Source of the DNA: a virus | Taxonomy: Duplodnaviria > Caudoviricetes | Reading direction: 5' to 3' (one strand) | Length of the DNA stretch: 64,000 bases | IMG/VR virus record: IMGVR_UViG_3300021964_000054 | Location: 582-64,581 of that record | Shown here: positions 53,001-59,105 of the stretch, piece after piece | How positions within the stretch are numbered: the first letter of the stretch is position 1 | Layout of the letters: every line of letters begins with the position of its first letter | Translations under genes and position numbers: made by a program | The notes under the pieces: model-generated | Told to the model about the DNA's origin: nothing | What the model saw: the letters and a program-made list of their open reading frames with translations, nothing else | The model's database searches: none

Positions 53001-53436
53001 TAAAAATAAAGAAGTTTGTCACAAAATTTAAGAGACTATTAAGACTATCATCACCTTCTTCTGCAATGAAATCCATTGTTTCAAGAGCCTTGATTTTTTT
53101 ATTCAGCGTAGCTTTTCCAAAATCTTCTTGGGCTGAATTATCAGAAAACAAATCTCTGATGTGACTGATGTATGCAGCATTATCATCTATGAAGGTTACA
53201 GCTTTTTTTACATCATCTGCTTTACCGGCATCATAAAATTTTGGATCTACATCCTCAAGCATTTTGTAAATATGAGCAAAGTTGTGAACTGAAAGCTTTT
53301 TTTGCTCAGCACTTAGACTATCTGTTTTCAATATAAAGTTTGCTGCAGCATTAAAGCTTTTATACAATGAAGGATTCATTTTAATAAGATCCTCAACTAT
53401 TGCTATATAATTAGTAGTGTTAGTTTCACAAGACAT
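41065..53436 (-). CDS. giant single-chain virion DNA-dependent RNA polymerase with zincin and C-terminal 2H phosphoesterase domains
   Basis: GSDFDID at 44881-44895, RIP, YDGQS; HEAFH at 49942-49956; HHMT and HIT near C-terminus. Confidence 0.85.
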   Translation of the reverse strand: MSCETNTTNYIAIVEDLIKMNPSLYKSFNAAANFILKTDSLSAEQKKLSVHNFAHIYKMLEDVDPKFYDAGKADDVKKAVTFIDDNAAYISHIRDLFSDNSAQEDFGKATLNKKIKALETMDFIAEEGDDSLNSLLNFVTNFFIFNDFETDQDRSNYSEKIKKEIKGNIAKMGTIARNDVYKNRLFKIVDAAFDKMLTFESEYIDINGEVSDYAGLSNYLVILKDGTMIEAVRDAKSESPNALLKLNSDGLLEPISPDEILVDKQSRPQVFSRTNNGEEIFRNDELVSGFKFRAADPMEQADLTKALSKMSAPESGIKFFAVKVGPVGDSRVQRMKSLARDEKKFKLLSNRNHETFETTQQVAKLKSNPSARVLTVSRPKASEDSFAIMGKVLSTGQIFYVHSNDDMVFVDADNTTTKVDLSNVEDLKQIQMLSLKQSSTGSLVALSESDLRSISNASAHLSNLKEVVGEKFNEALEQGKDSVEITNEFFDSYSVTSKRHETERKDLLSQIKVDDSISLELPVVTVDAENNVIKREDSRKVPFYIKKDISPGGKVSYSMVSLLASNEFIEVKTETGEPILITDVDYARDQLNYEDWAAEHFKAEDAEIEKIIESQRSEDGTLRRINNSVIKRITRNFVIKFDKKGNASGHRVLESRGALSAAPMLASYISQLFDAITAKPAEKARKVKSFEEQGAFNFKGAIKDGEGQYALSFSLSTGQPQKGNKLQIELGPYGSKRGDFTEPYTEATTGDIVQTNQVAITGGKKLGFRFPVNESVIKSIYEKMSKSEKVKAAVASNKALQTLDLSTIEGVMELYNTIYKSKIDGLETKEMSELVDYVETELLQEFSNEIMRAIVTPLKTKKMTVGGETIDVGNAEFFELFEKDATFSGEYKPEYLFFDILEDGRLIPKIHVGSYNEKDNNWFKKSLSNLDVRSASSKTVSIQPKGVRPTSSEDRKKIDNTKIEKKPAKKPEAGSSPVKTLTKEQQEALTSVKRAENRKTKLSEDIINIDNALIDANMNLQMLEAEPEPDQAQIESIRLNMARGQEVKADIKDELTRIEDYLAEEYRKQKEDKRDDNDDDFNRVERFKLVETPEGVQIISDSELMSEVQFLSSILPQFGISLDGVKDVVDLSKIDGTVLGLFKNRVIYLNDQLKVKGVVFHEAFHGVFRYLMTNSERRNLIQTVMNDSKHYEKFTQEALMKFAEERGYEYNIDRMAELVAEEILADGFQNYMNQKSKKKKPSGIIGFLYDLLERLIRAFKAYENDIDLIYDKIATGYYKSAAIKSNMYDGQVAFELIPGPNIILNEQGNTDIHWLQTSEQNRLIDMVVGELLKDDSNDNFDDKFDNVTTKIIDSIYNIDLIINQNEKTKASALDIKQKYGDMFNAYRFMLGARMKGYQADDINLTGDSRYDNRATKNPYNLTGVGYVDNTSGQYSYQILKKLVKKKYDSAVRMDLIRSGDVEVIVNADEVEAIFDDENLKVSDSESNSANQELEGSNDFDVTLGNMNVIDSYVSQVRRFFSTIRRDEIDDATGAVIPRMLDGEHLFTSVVKVTSNLSPDKIISSIKSFAETMIEDGRVSTGLDFEALHNEIENSTKMIDGQPGNKRLYNMLVDVFNNVELNWKMFNVSTPKPLTEAELASPLPPVQQRFNFRVTDKVLERSVRDKRNQIITSINISHSENANTKVYKDAHRKLLSLIKEITVTSKGKILTSVSPKSRLNKLTNELNENMKILGIDVPKSLIRLSLMAIHNNEYKQPLLGLDPSHVEFYDLNENFIREGQYLEEDFFRSLGGLLTSMYKGNNPDPAFSNKLDDESKIDNIRRFMVILKSASAYIVKYDPSIVHSTILNAEGKSIYRFSKYNPMAMLAQRLRTLGLEGALEDEMYWDDFVRDFFLDNPMLGPILKGEVTDQSKEMQLFLNNFESSLFGGVQQIVGKDEYKDGKVFKDIDAKSLYILNMLSFLSRKTITGKDGTTIQVYDRSFHQLEATQTNFLTSSLHKSFVNLSAVKTADKTRSLREREGKLLYKDKHLLIVKDLEAVVRQEFNRIKREWNSRLERKENYELGLDNKNINKYNATLNPDGTVEVDADSLRAYNFNKLSDFFENVPELRDKIIELAKGGSILDTETNELVGAEKFEDIPVELIDELLSSLDTFAQQTYDNHLQKLVDQGVVEKVIVPSKTTDQPTIYYKSDLLPDFMRDSGISVKSKRKKNPFQDRTLKLNSIYPKSAGSDSVLESVLFDHFMNYWSNALMLNELMDGDIAMNVKNNQDYVKRLKKVVASGSNLKEGYHKVAYLNTIEAFIYDGHLDKGPYYNRAEIENDPTLSPEQRLELLEAYDQDVDGDRKFFHETYDGQSHSLLMHHMDIYDSTGRLDETAKHLMIAKHYRKLTKDEANYLKSLKIVLNSKKTVTAGLNVYHKLSEAHIDRMDVSYVVIPKNASRQTVNRIYDEIHSLYLQIYDTRKAIEELIKIKAPAQEISMLEADISNLTSKVHSYFMPMPHRKMLHRMLNSMEHYNVDQVMDTSASKNATLLPVQVLSNESVGTNFTSEGLINLNLSSVPVPNRSKYVQVETSGVKDYAKVSVQKKLLLPADINPKDVLGVLEAEAIREGKPLTESEKLAVEDLSSSFYKYKDSLNAVMKGRLEYFKRVIREGGDIDVAKLYDVIREGLESQGAASSILAYFATENGKPKFSPNLPVIRRTLEYYFMAQYSNNVTDEKAFGFKNFHESSFGYEVLEDIETGRIITSEEISKNPSLYSDNTKYRVRPLSVSVEVDPETGIKTHWVEAIVPAPFFNNPSQKQFWLARINKMFGVRIPTEDKRSMIAIKVVDFVDESKSNNVIVPHFIHLLSGSDFDIDSLFGQMKAFYEDAAGNFHLYGDYSGYELADQNTAQFIEWLHFMQNSIEFKDAIKDKKQELIDSTSSFSFPKDGDLDYILGALGFTNEDLMYVALEVEDKTIYSAVKQRRKSLIAIKGDIKKDYVEAKERTENNRLDRDAWRERKEKGEIIADLNTEINFMQRSKDLLDALFGYQATMDVLRNSGLPASIDQFNSDPVYSEMVSYKQQNKNLDATLEVLTNEAVFNRLFINQRASTEEFVKILDSFGLDLKEMTTKSNLYTLDNAISSKVENQMNKDGIGITAVMNKFLALASQYDLKLNEDGVVWDYLDKDGKRVIKDKFSHVNEQQQRVIALIGNILGMFADATKEPIPAALQWNDVNVNTTLSMIGLGLDPTMVAAFNFMPSVRIASQNVQYQKNALSTDTEELFKTFSGHLYDQLDPDVLENLILAGLYDVESGKVISSKIIFDFTPKTIDKDALNSNTLTPTQIGFDLRLEDGTGLADSAMEFVLTKMYIDQVNQSNTLTKASRVTNMFKRLNPTLTEIDNLLDAIYEITNDRSIFTIDSAARIFSKDSVYNTMQEMLSDLNEQASKLFLEKSPFFRPLVGLFTKSFKDKRHIAETITAFVGIRKFLESFPGSRSSSNPELQNLIDKDDKNLLDTFTPDYWFTHNLSTEISKFKSKYSDNKFLKYLRNEKGDATANAMSNDRVLRLNEEVIKLYERSKLKGTLAEEIAQDLAFLYNHPTDNEARMFVKRLFYHELARTGMITATGSFLKFFPPSLLAPISKGIDEFILSLKDASQEIDSLEEGDSAKAKQIVLSKVRQFFGKEDMSNDEVYDFFDNLLTQVAYSLAEQNEKGEAIVPEIKRLSWYYDAKKKNKSSRLVKNILEGDTKDDILEAKDAVRNAISSVFSFTAKQKKEVFKKSASSFNLNPGTLKAEFTIDMSIDGKDKKEKLAIYEIGRKMGISYDDTINTFAFPPLIKIKDTYYVYQGNEDTSDDKNMGETLVNSLAEGSNRMTILGEKATYTAIPKQFSSEMISPLGFTKEDAKRYKRLISKTEVIDKGNNTVNPNDPDTKRTPAKRNVVYTGAFVSRKEMDEKYPTSMPNRHAHHMTVSYRGGLDVQVGERTSLKVIGRLITDKIDALVLENDKSTNENPHITLGTANGVKPVEVNSEIKNNLDKVVPLNDNLVAIYGYYDGTIQDIVLETESAEVEEDVSETPSVEKPEKPIIPAQDAGQISMEFEDYNGNIVGTDEEFKDTEDMLKGLLDEDPTDENKVKPKGKPGIDLNDEDNC

Positions 53437-53448
53437 ATTATCTCTTAT

Positions 53449-56400
53449 TTATTTTTGACAACCGTGTATATCTTTTAATTTCTGAATGATTGAATCTTCT
53501 GTAACGTCTGCTTCAGTTGATTCTTGCTCAGCCTCAGTAAATTTAGCACTTTCTTCTTGAACTTCATCATCAACCTTCTCTTTTGGTTGAGCTTTGATTG
53601 AACTTAACCTTGTATCAAGATCTTGAATACTTTCCATTGTAAGAGCTGATCCAGTTGCTGTTGTTGTTGTTTCAAACAAAAGAAGTTGAGTTCCTTCTTT
53701 TATAGCCTCATTTCTTTCTTGCTTTTCAACCTCCAAGACATCTTCATAAGTAGTGCCAAGTATTGCTGATTTTTTTGCAGCTTCCAACTCTCTCATACCC
53801 TTAGGTATTTTGCTATACTCTTCAAGTGTTGCTATTGGAGTTTTTGAGCCCTTGTTATGAATTTCTAGCAACCTCTTACCTCTACTGACAAATAATTGTA
53901 AATCTTCAGAGAAGTCACCCAATCCTTTTTCAGAATCACTTAGAAACTGTATTCCAAACTCAACATTTTGCTTATCATTAACAAGACCCTCTACTATAAC
54001 TTCTGCATCATTTAGTGTAGGAAGATTTTCTATCACCACTGATTGATTTGAATCTCTGACTTCATAACCGCTTTCATCATCACCATATATCTGGTACTGA
54101 CCTTCTTTGTCTGAAGCTAGATTATCAGTTGTTTCAGCATTATCGCCCTCCTCCAACATAGATTCAATATCATCCATGTTTTCCTCTCCTGGGAAATATT
54201 CTTCTGGTTCTTTAGAAGGTGGTTGTTCACTTGCCTCTTCTTCTAAGGTTTTAATGTAACTTTCAGCCTCCTCTTTTGTACTAAAAGCCAAAACATCATC
54301 ACTTGTGGTATCAGTAATTGGATTACCGCCTTTTTCTATGTACCAACCATATCCGTCCTGATAAGCTACAGAATACTCACCTTCTATATTACCTTGAGAT
54401 CCTAATTCTTTTTCTAGTTCATCAATCTCTTGTCGATGTGCTTTGTAAATAGTACCCTCTCTATTAGAAAGTTTTTCCTTTTTTGCATTCTTGTTTGCAA
54501 TAGAATTCTTTAAAGAATCATTAGCCTTTTGATTATCGTTAAAGTTTTTCCAATCTTCATCAGAAACAGCCTCTTTAGTTTGAGTTAAATTAGAAAGTTC
54601 CTCTGGGGTAACAAGATTTAATTTCAAAGCTTCAGATATAGCATCTTGATCACCCATTGTTTGAACTTCTGCTGTAGAATATTGACCAGACTCTACAAGT
54701 TTTCTTTTTGAGAATGACACAGGATTAGCACCAATATGATTTTCAACAGCTTTGAATATATCATCTAATACTGATTCTTGCATGTTTATATTAAACGCTC
54801 TCTTTAAGAAGTCAGCTAATAACGACAAGAAGTCTTGCCATACAGATTGCTCTCCATATTTACTAGGTACTTTTTGAAGTTCAGCTTGAAACTCTGGATT
54901 ACTATATGCTTCTGCTAAAAATTCATGGATATTTGTAAATCCATAAAAGTCTGTATCAAGTCCTGTCGCTTGTAGAGTTTCTTTTGCATGTGTAAATAAA
55001 TCTTGAACTTGTTTTGCAAATTCACCTTCAGGTGCATTGTTAAGTTCATTAGATGTCATATAGTGAATCATTTCATGCATTAGTATTCCCTCAAAAGACA
55101 TTCCCAAATCAGCAATTGTAGGGTCTATGACTATCATATTATTATTTGCATCATAGTATCCAGGCGCATATGTTTGCTCACTGTTAAATTCAATCTTATG
55201 TTCAGGATTGATGAATGGTAAAAAGTTTTTGAGAACTTCTTTTACGTAAGGATGGGTATGATTACTTGCGATGGCCTTTTGGACTACTGATACCAAGGTT
55301 CCAGTTGACATATCAGAAATACCATAGTATTCAATAATGTCATCAAAGTTTCTGTCATCAGTATCTAAAATGAAAAGATTAGTACCAGCTCTTCCTTTTG
55401 TTACATCAACATCTCTTTCATCATAATTTTTAGTTTTTGTTCGCTTACGAGTTCTTTTTGCAGCTACTGCATCTTTTAAACTTTGAACTTTCTTATCTAT
55501 CTCATCTTTGAAAAACTCATAGATTTCAATTTGCTTTGGTGAAAGTTCTTCACCCGCAAACATTTTTTCTGCAATAATATTTTTGGTAAAGTCATCTACC
55601 TCTTCTTCAGTTTTAAATCTAGTATAGACCTCATCTGAAACATCTTCAAATGTTTCTGGGAAGTACTCTCTATTAAGCCTTGCTATCTCACTATTCATGA
55701 TAGTTTCAAGTTCTAAGTAAGCTTCATAAGCCATCTTAAATTGCTCTGTACCAAGATTTTCATTTACAACAACTCCCAATAAAGTATTATATGCATCGCT
55801 TTTCTTTATAGTATTTTCAAGTCTCTCTTTAATTTTAGGCATCAGTGAACTTAGGTTCTCCGCAAACTCATCTTCAGAAACTTGATCTAGATTTTCCTGC
55901 ACAACAGATTGAGTAATTTGCAGAGAGGTTCCAATGATGAATCCTTCTATCATATTAAGCCAATCTAAAACCTCTTTTTTAAACTTTCCATCAGACATTC
56001 TTTTTAGAACTTGTCTATAGTGATCAGGATTATACAATGCATCTACAGCTCTCATATAATCTTTAGCATCTTGATCAAGTCTAATGAAGTCAATAATTTT
56101 ATCAAATCCACTTCTAAGTTCTTCTTCAGAAACTTCAGTACTTATTCCGGCTTGCTTGTTTCTAAGATTTACAAACTTCCTAAATGCTTCAAGAGCTTTT
56201 TCATCATGCAAATCCCAAGCATCTTCTTTTTCTTTTGTAAATCTTCCAGTCTTAGAATCTCTTTTTTGTCTTTTAAACTTTCTACCTACATATGTATTTT
56301 TAACCTTATCTTTTTTCTCAATAACTTTACCAGTGTCTGGATCACGTCTTTTTGAAACAACATCTCTGTCATCCCAATACGTCATCCATTCATCGTATAT

Positions 56401-59094
56401 TTTCTTTTCCTCTCTTTTCTCTTTTAGTTGCTTTTCAAGACTTGCTTTTAATTCAGGAGTAAGACCCCCTTCTTTAAGTTGCGTTTTTAATGATTCAATT
56501 TCAGAACCCAACATTCCAATCTCACTATCCATCATTTCTGGATTTGTCAAAACTCTCAAAGCATGTTCTGCAGAATTTGCTAATCCTGGAATAGAAAGTA
56601 TGTCTTTAGAAACAGACTCTGCTCTTTCGTCAGCTCTCATAGCTTTCATTTTATTTAAGGCTATGATTTTAATTGCATCTTCTTGAGCATTGTGAAGCAT
56701 TGTTGCAATCATTCTTTCTTCAGTTCCCTTTTCATACATAAAAGGATCTGCTAAATTTTTAGCAGTCTTTCTTACAGAGTCTACTACATTTGAATATTTT
56801 TGCACATCATCAGCAACGTCATTCATAAACTCTAAAGGTGATGAATACTTTGTTTCTGACAACTTTGTTCCAAACTGGGCCTCAAACTGTTCAGCAGTCA
56901 TTTCCATTCCGGCATCTCGCAATGCATGCGTAAACATATCAATAGAACCACTTCTGTTTGCAGCAAGTGCTGCATTAAGCATCATATTGTCATATGCATT
57001 TTGATACTCATACTGTTTGTTGTTTGCAGCAGCTTCTGTCTGATCTATTGTGGATTGAACAGTATTTGAAAAGCTAAAAATAGCATCTTCCTTTTTTGTC
57101 TTAGAAGTCATTGATGCAATTGCAGCATTTACAAGATCAGCATCTCTTTGCATTTGATCCTCATGCTGTTGATATGGATTTTGAGTGCCATCTTTATATT
57201 GAGCATTCATTGCAGCTTTTTGTGCTGCACCTAATCCTTTTTGAAACAATCTTGTGGGACCATGAATAAGACCACCTGTTAATGCACCCATTAAGAAAGT
57301 TTTCAGTCCTTGCTTTGACCATTGTTCGCCAAGACCCTCACTAAATGCGTCACCTAAAGTTGATGATGCATTTTCATATTGATCCACATAGTAACGTGTC
57401 CAAGCACTGTTACTTGTCTCTTGAAGGTTTTCCTGAAGACCTTCTGTTACTTGAAACTTACCAAAGTCTTTTACAAGCTTTTTACCTAATTCATATACAG
57501 CCTGCTTTCTTCCAAAGTCTTGTGAGACTTGACCTATAAGACCGTAAGTTCCAAAAAATCCTTTCTTATATTGCTTACCTATAGTTTGAGTACCTTTGAA
57601 CATTCTATTTACGTTCAAAAACTCTCCAGTAGCATCCTCCATTATTTCTTTACCAAACTTATTGGCCAAGCTGAATTTGCTAAACAGACCTCCAAATTGG
57701 AGTCTATTTGTTGCAAGAAGAATTGACAAGTTTGTTCCATAGTTTTTAAATGACGCTTTCATTGAAAGCTCCTGCATTCTTATAAGTTCTTCGGCAGGAG
57801 GAGTCTCTCCATTATTACGAGCTCTATAGTTTTTAACCATCTGATCTAAAGTAGCACCGTATGTACTAACTCCCTCAAATGATGCTTCTGTAGAAGCTAG
57901 GTTAAACTCTTGTCTGACTCTTGACAATCCCTTTAAACCAATACCTGTAAGCTTACCACCACTAAGACCAGCTTTAGCACCAACTGCAATCTTTTCACCA
58001 TAACGAACACCAGTACCAACTAAAGGAATACCTTTAGCCATATTTTGTGCAAACTCTCCAAAGCTTTTTGATTTAACTGTCTCATCAAAGTTTAGAGAAA
58101 GTGTTTTCCAAAGTTCACTAAGCATGCCTCGTGCAGGATTGCTTCCTACTTTACCTGCATCTTTAACAGCATCAGCTTGTCCCATCTTAATATCTGTTGC
58201 ACTAGCTCTAATACCATCTGTAGATGTGTCTCCTAGTTTCCAACCTTCACCAAGATCTTCAAGAAACTTACCTGCTTTAGTAGTACCTTTTTTTGCACCC
58301 TTTTTTAGAACCTGTTCTCCAACTTCTTCTGCAGCTTCTTTACCTACTTTTTTAAGACCAAACTTAGCACCAAGCCTTCCAAATGTAGCACCAAAAGCCG
58401 CAAAACCTGGAATACCAGCTGCTGGCGCAGTGGCAACAGTAATTAGCAAATCTGCCGCAAGCTCAATTCCTACACCGGCAAATGTACCTAATGCAAAACC
58501 TGCGTTACCTATAAACTCAGAAACTGAACGCTTGCTGAAAATATCATCATCTTCATCAGGTGGAACAAAGACAAAATCCTCCATCATGTCTTTATGCTCT
58601 TTCCAGTTGTATTCAATCATTTGAGCTTCACCAGGTTGAAGCTTGCTAGAGTCCCAAGAGAAAAGGGCGTTAAACATTCTACCATAACCTTTCCAATAGT
58701 CCTTAAAAGTATGTCCAAAACGAGAAGCAAAACTATCAAAACCTTTACCTAAGGCATCTCCCCAACTTTGTTCAGCAGTCCATCGCTCATAGTTTGTTGG
58801 ATCATTACTATTAAAAGTGTAAGAGTTAAAGTCATCTTGAAATCTATATAAGTCCAGCTCTGGGCCAGCATAGCCAACTTCAGAATGAGCAACAGGTTTA
58901 TTAAAGTCCAAAAAACTTTTAGGAGCAGGTGGTGCAAAATTTGTTTTAAAAGCATCATCTGCAATACCATTCATAACCTCACCAAAGTTTGACTTGGGAG
59001 GATCTGGTGTTACTTCTGGAGAAGTAAATTGTTCTGCACTTATATCATTTAAATCTGACGTTATATCAAACCCTTCTGTTTGCTCTTCTGCCAT
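53449..59094 (-). CDS. giant ejection protein with Gly/Ala-rich membrane helices and zincin domain
   Basis: N-terminal hydrophobic G/A-rich helices, TEGLQE.LQ; HEMIH at 55063-55077 with EFLAE. Confidence 0.75.
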   Translation of the reverse strand: MAEEQTEGFDITSDLNDISAEQFTSPEVTPDPPKSNFGEVMNGIADDAFKTNFAPPAPKSFLDFNKPVAHSEVGYAGPELDLYRFQDDFNSYTFNSNDPTNYERWTAEQSWGDALGKGFDSFASRFGHTFKDYWKGYGRMFNALFSWDSSKLQPGEAQMIEYNWKEHKDMMEDFVFVPPDEDDDIFSKRSVSEFIGNAGFALGTFAGVGIELAADLLITVATAPAAGIPGFAAFGATFGRLGAKFGLKKVGKEAAEEVGEQVLKKGAKKGTTKAGKFLEDLGEGWKLGDTSTDGIRASATDIKMGQADAVKDAGKVGSNPARGMLSELWKTLSLNFDETVKSKSFGEFAQNMAKGIPLVGTGVRYGEKIAVGAKAGLSGGKLTGIGLKGLSRVRQEFNLASTEASFEGVSTYGATLDQMVKNYRARNNGETPPAEELIRMQELSMKASFKNYGTNLSILLATNRLQFGGLFSKFSLANKFGKEIMEDATGEFLNVNRMFKGTQTIGKQYKKGFFGTYGLIGQVSQDFGRKQAVYELGKKLVKDFGKFQVTEGLQENLQETSNSAWTRYYVDQYENASSTLGDAFSEGLGEQWSKQGLKTFLMGALTGGLIHGPTRLFQKGLGAAQKAAMNAQYKDGTQNPYQQHEDQMQRDADLVNAAIASMTSKTKKEDAIFSFSNTVQSTIDQTEAAANNKQYEYQNAYDNMMLNAALAANRSGSIDMFTHALRDAGMEMTAEQFEAQFGTKLSETKYSSPLEFMNDVADDVQKYSNVVDSVRKTAKNLADPFMYEKGTEERMIATMLHNAQEDAIKIIALNKMKAMRADERAESVSKDILSIPGLANSAEHALRVLTNPEMMDSEIGMLGSEIESLKTQLKEGGLTPELKASLEKQLKEKREEKKIYDEWMTYWDDRDVVSKRRDPDTGKVIEKKDKVKNTYVGRKFKRQKRDSKTGRFTKEKEDAWDLHDEKALEAFRKFVNLRNKQAGISTEVSEEELRSGFDKIIDFIRLDQDAKDYMRAVDALYNPDHYRQVLKRMSDGKFKKEVLDWLNMIEGFIIGTSLQITQSVVQENLDQVSEDEFAENLSSLMPKIKERLENTIKKSDAYNTLLGVVVNENLGTEQFKMAYEAYLELETIMNSEIARLNREYFPETFEDVSDEVYTRFKTEEEVDDFTKNIIAEKMFAGEELSPKQIEIYEFFKDEIDKKVQSLKDAVAAKRTRKRTKTKNYDERDVDVTKGRAGTNLFILDTDDRNFDDIIEYYGISDMSTGTLVSVVQKAIASNHTHPYVKEVLKNFLPFINPEHKIEFNSEQTYAPGYYDANNNMIVIDPTIADLGMSFEGILMHEMIHYMTSNELNNAPEGEFAKQVQDLFTHAKETLQATGLDTDFYGFTNIHEFLAEAYSNPEFQAELQKVPSKYGEQSVWQDFLSLLADFLKRAFNINMQESVLDDIFKAVENHIGANPVSFSKRKLVESGQYSTAEVQTMGDQDAISEALKLNLVTPEELSNLTQTKEAVSDEDWKNFNDNQKANDSLKNSIANKNAKKEKLSNREGTIYKAHRQEIDELEKELGSQGNIEGEYSVAYQDGYGWYIEKGGNPITDTTSDDVLAFSTKEEAESYIKTLEEEASEQPPSKEPEEYFPGEENMDDIESMLEEGDNAETTDNLASDKEGQYQIYGDDESGYEVRDSNQSVVIENLPTLNDAEVIVEGLVNDKQNVEFGIQFLSDSEKGLGDFSEDLQLFVSRGKRLLEIHNKGSKTPIATLEEYSKIPKGMRELEAAKKSAILGTTYEDVLEVEKQERNEAIKEGTQLLLFETTTTATGSALTMESIQDLDTRLSSIKAQPKEKVDDEVQEESAKFTEAEQESTEADVTEDSIIQKLKDIHGCQK

Positions 59095-59105
59095 AATACT
59101 TTTAA

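Noticed and set aside
38805-53460. Terminal cysteines as split-intein/protein-ligation signals
   Set aside because: Cys are at positions 3-6 rather than 1-2, and no Hint-domain motifs are visible; disulfide linkage is the simpler hypothesis.
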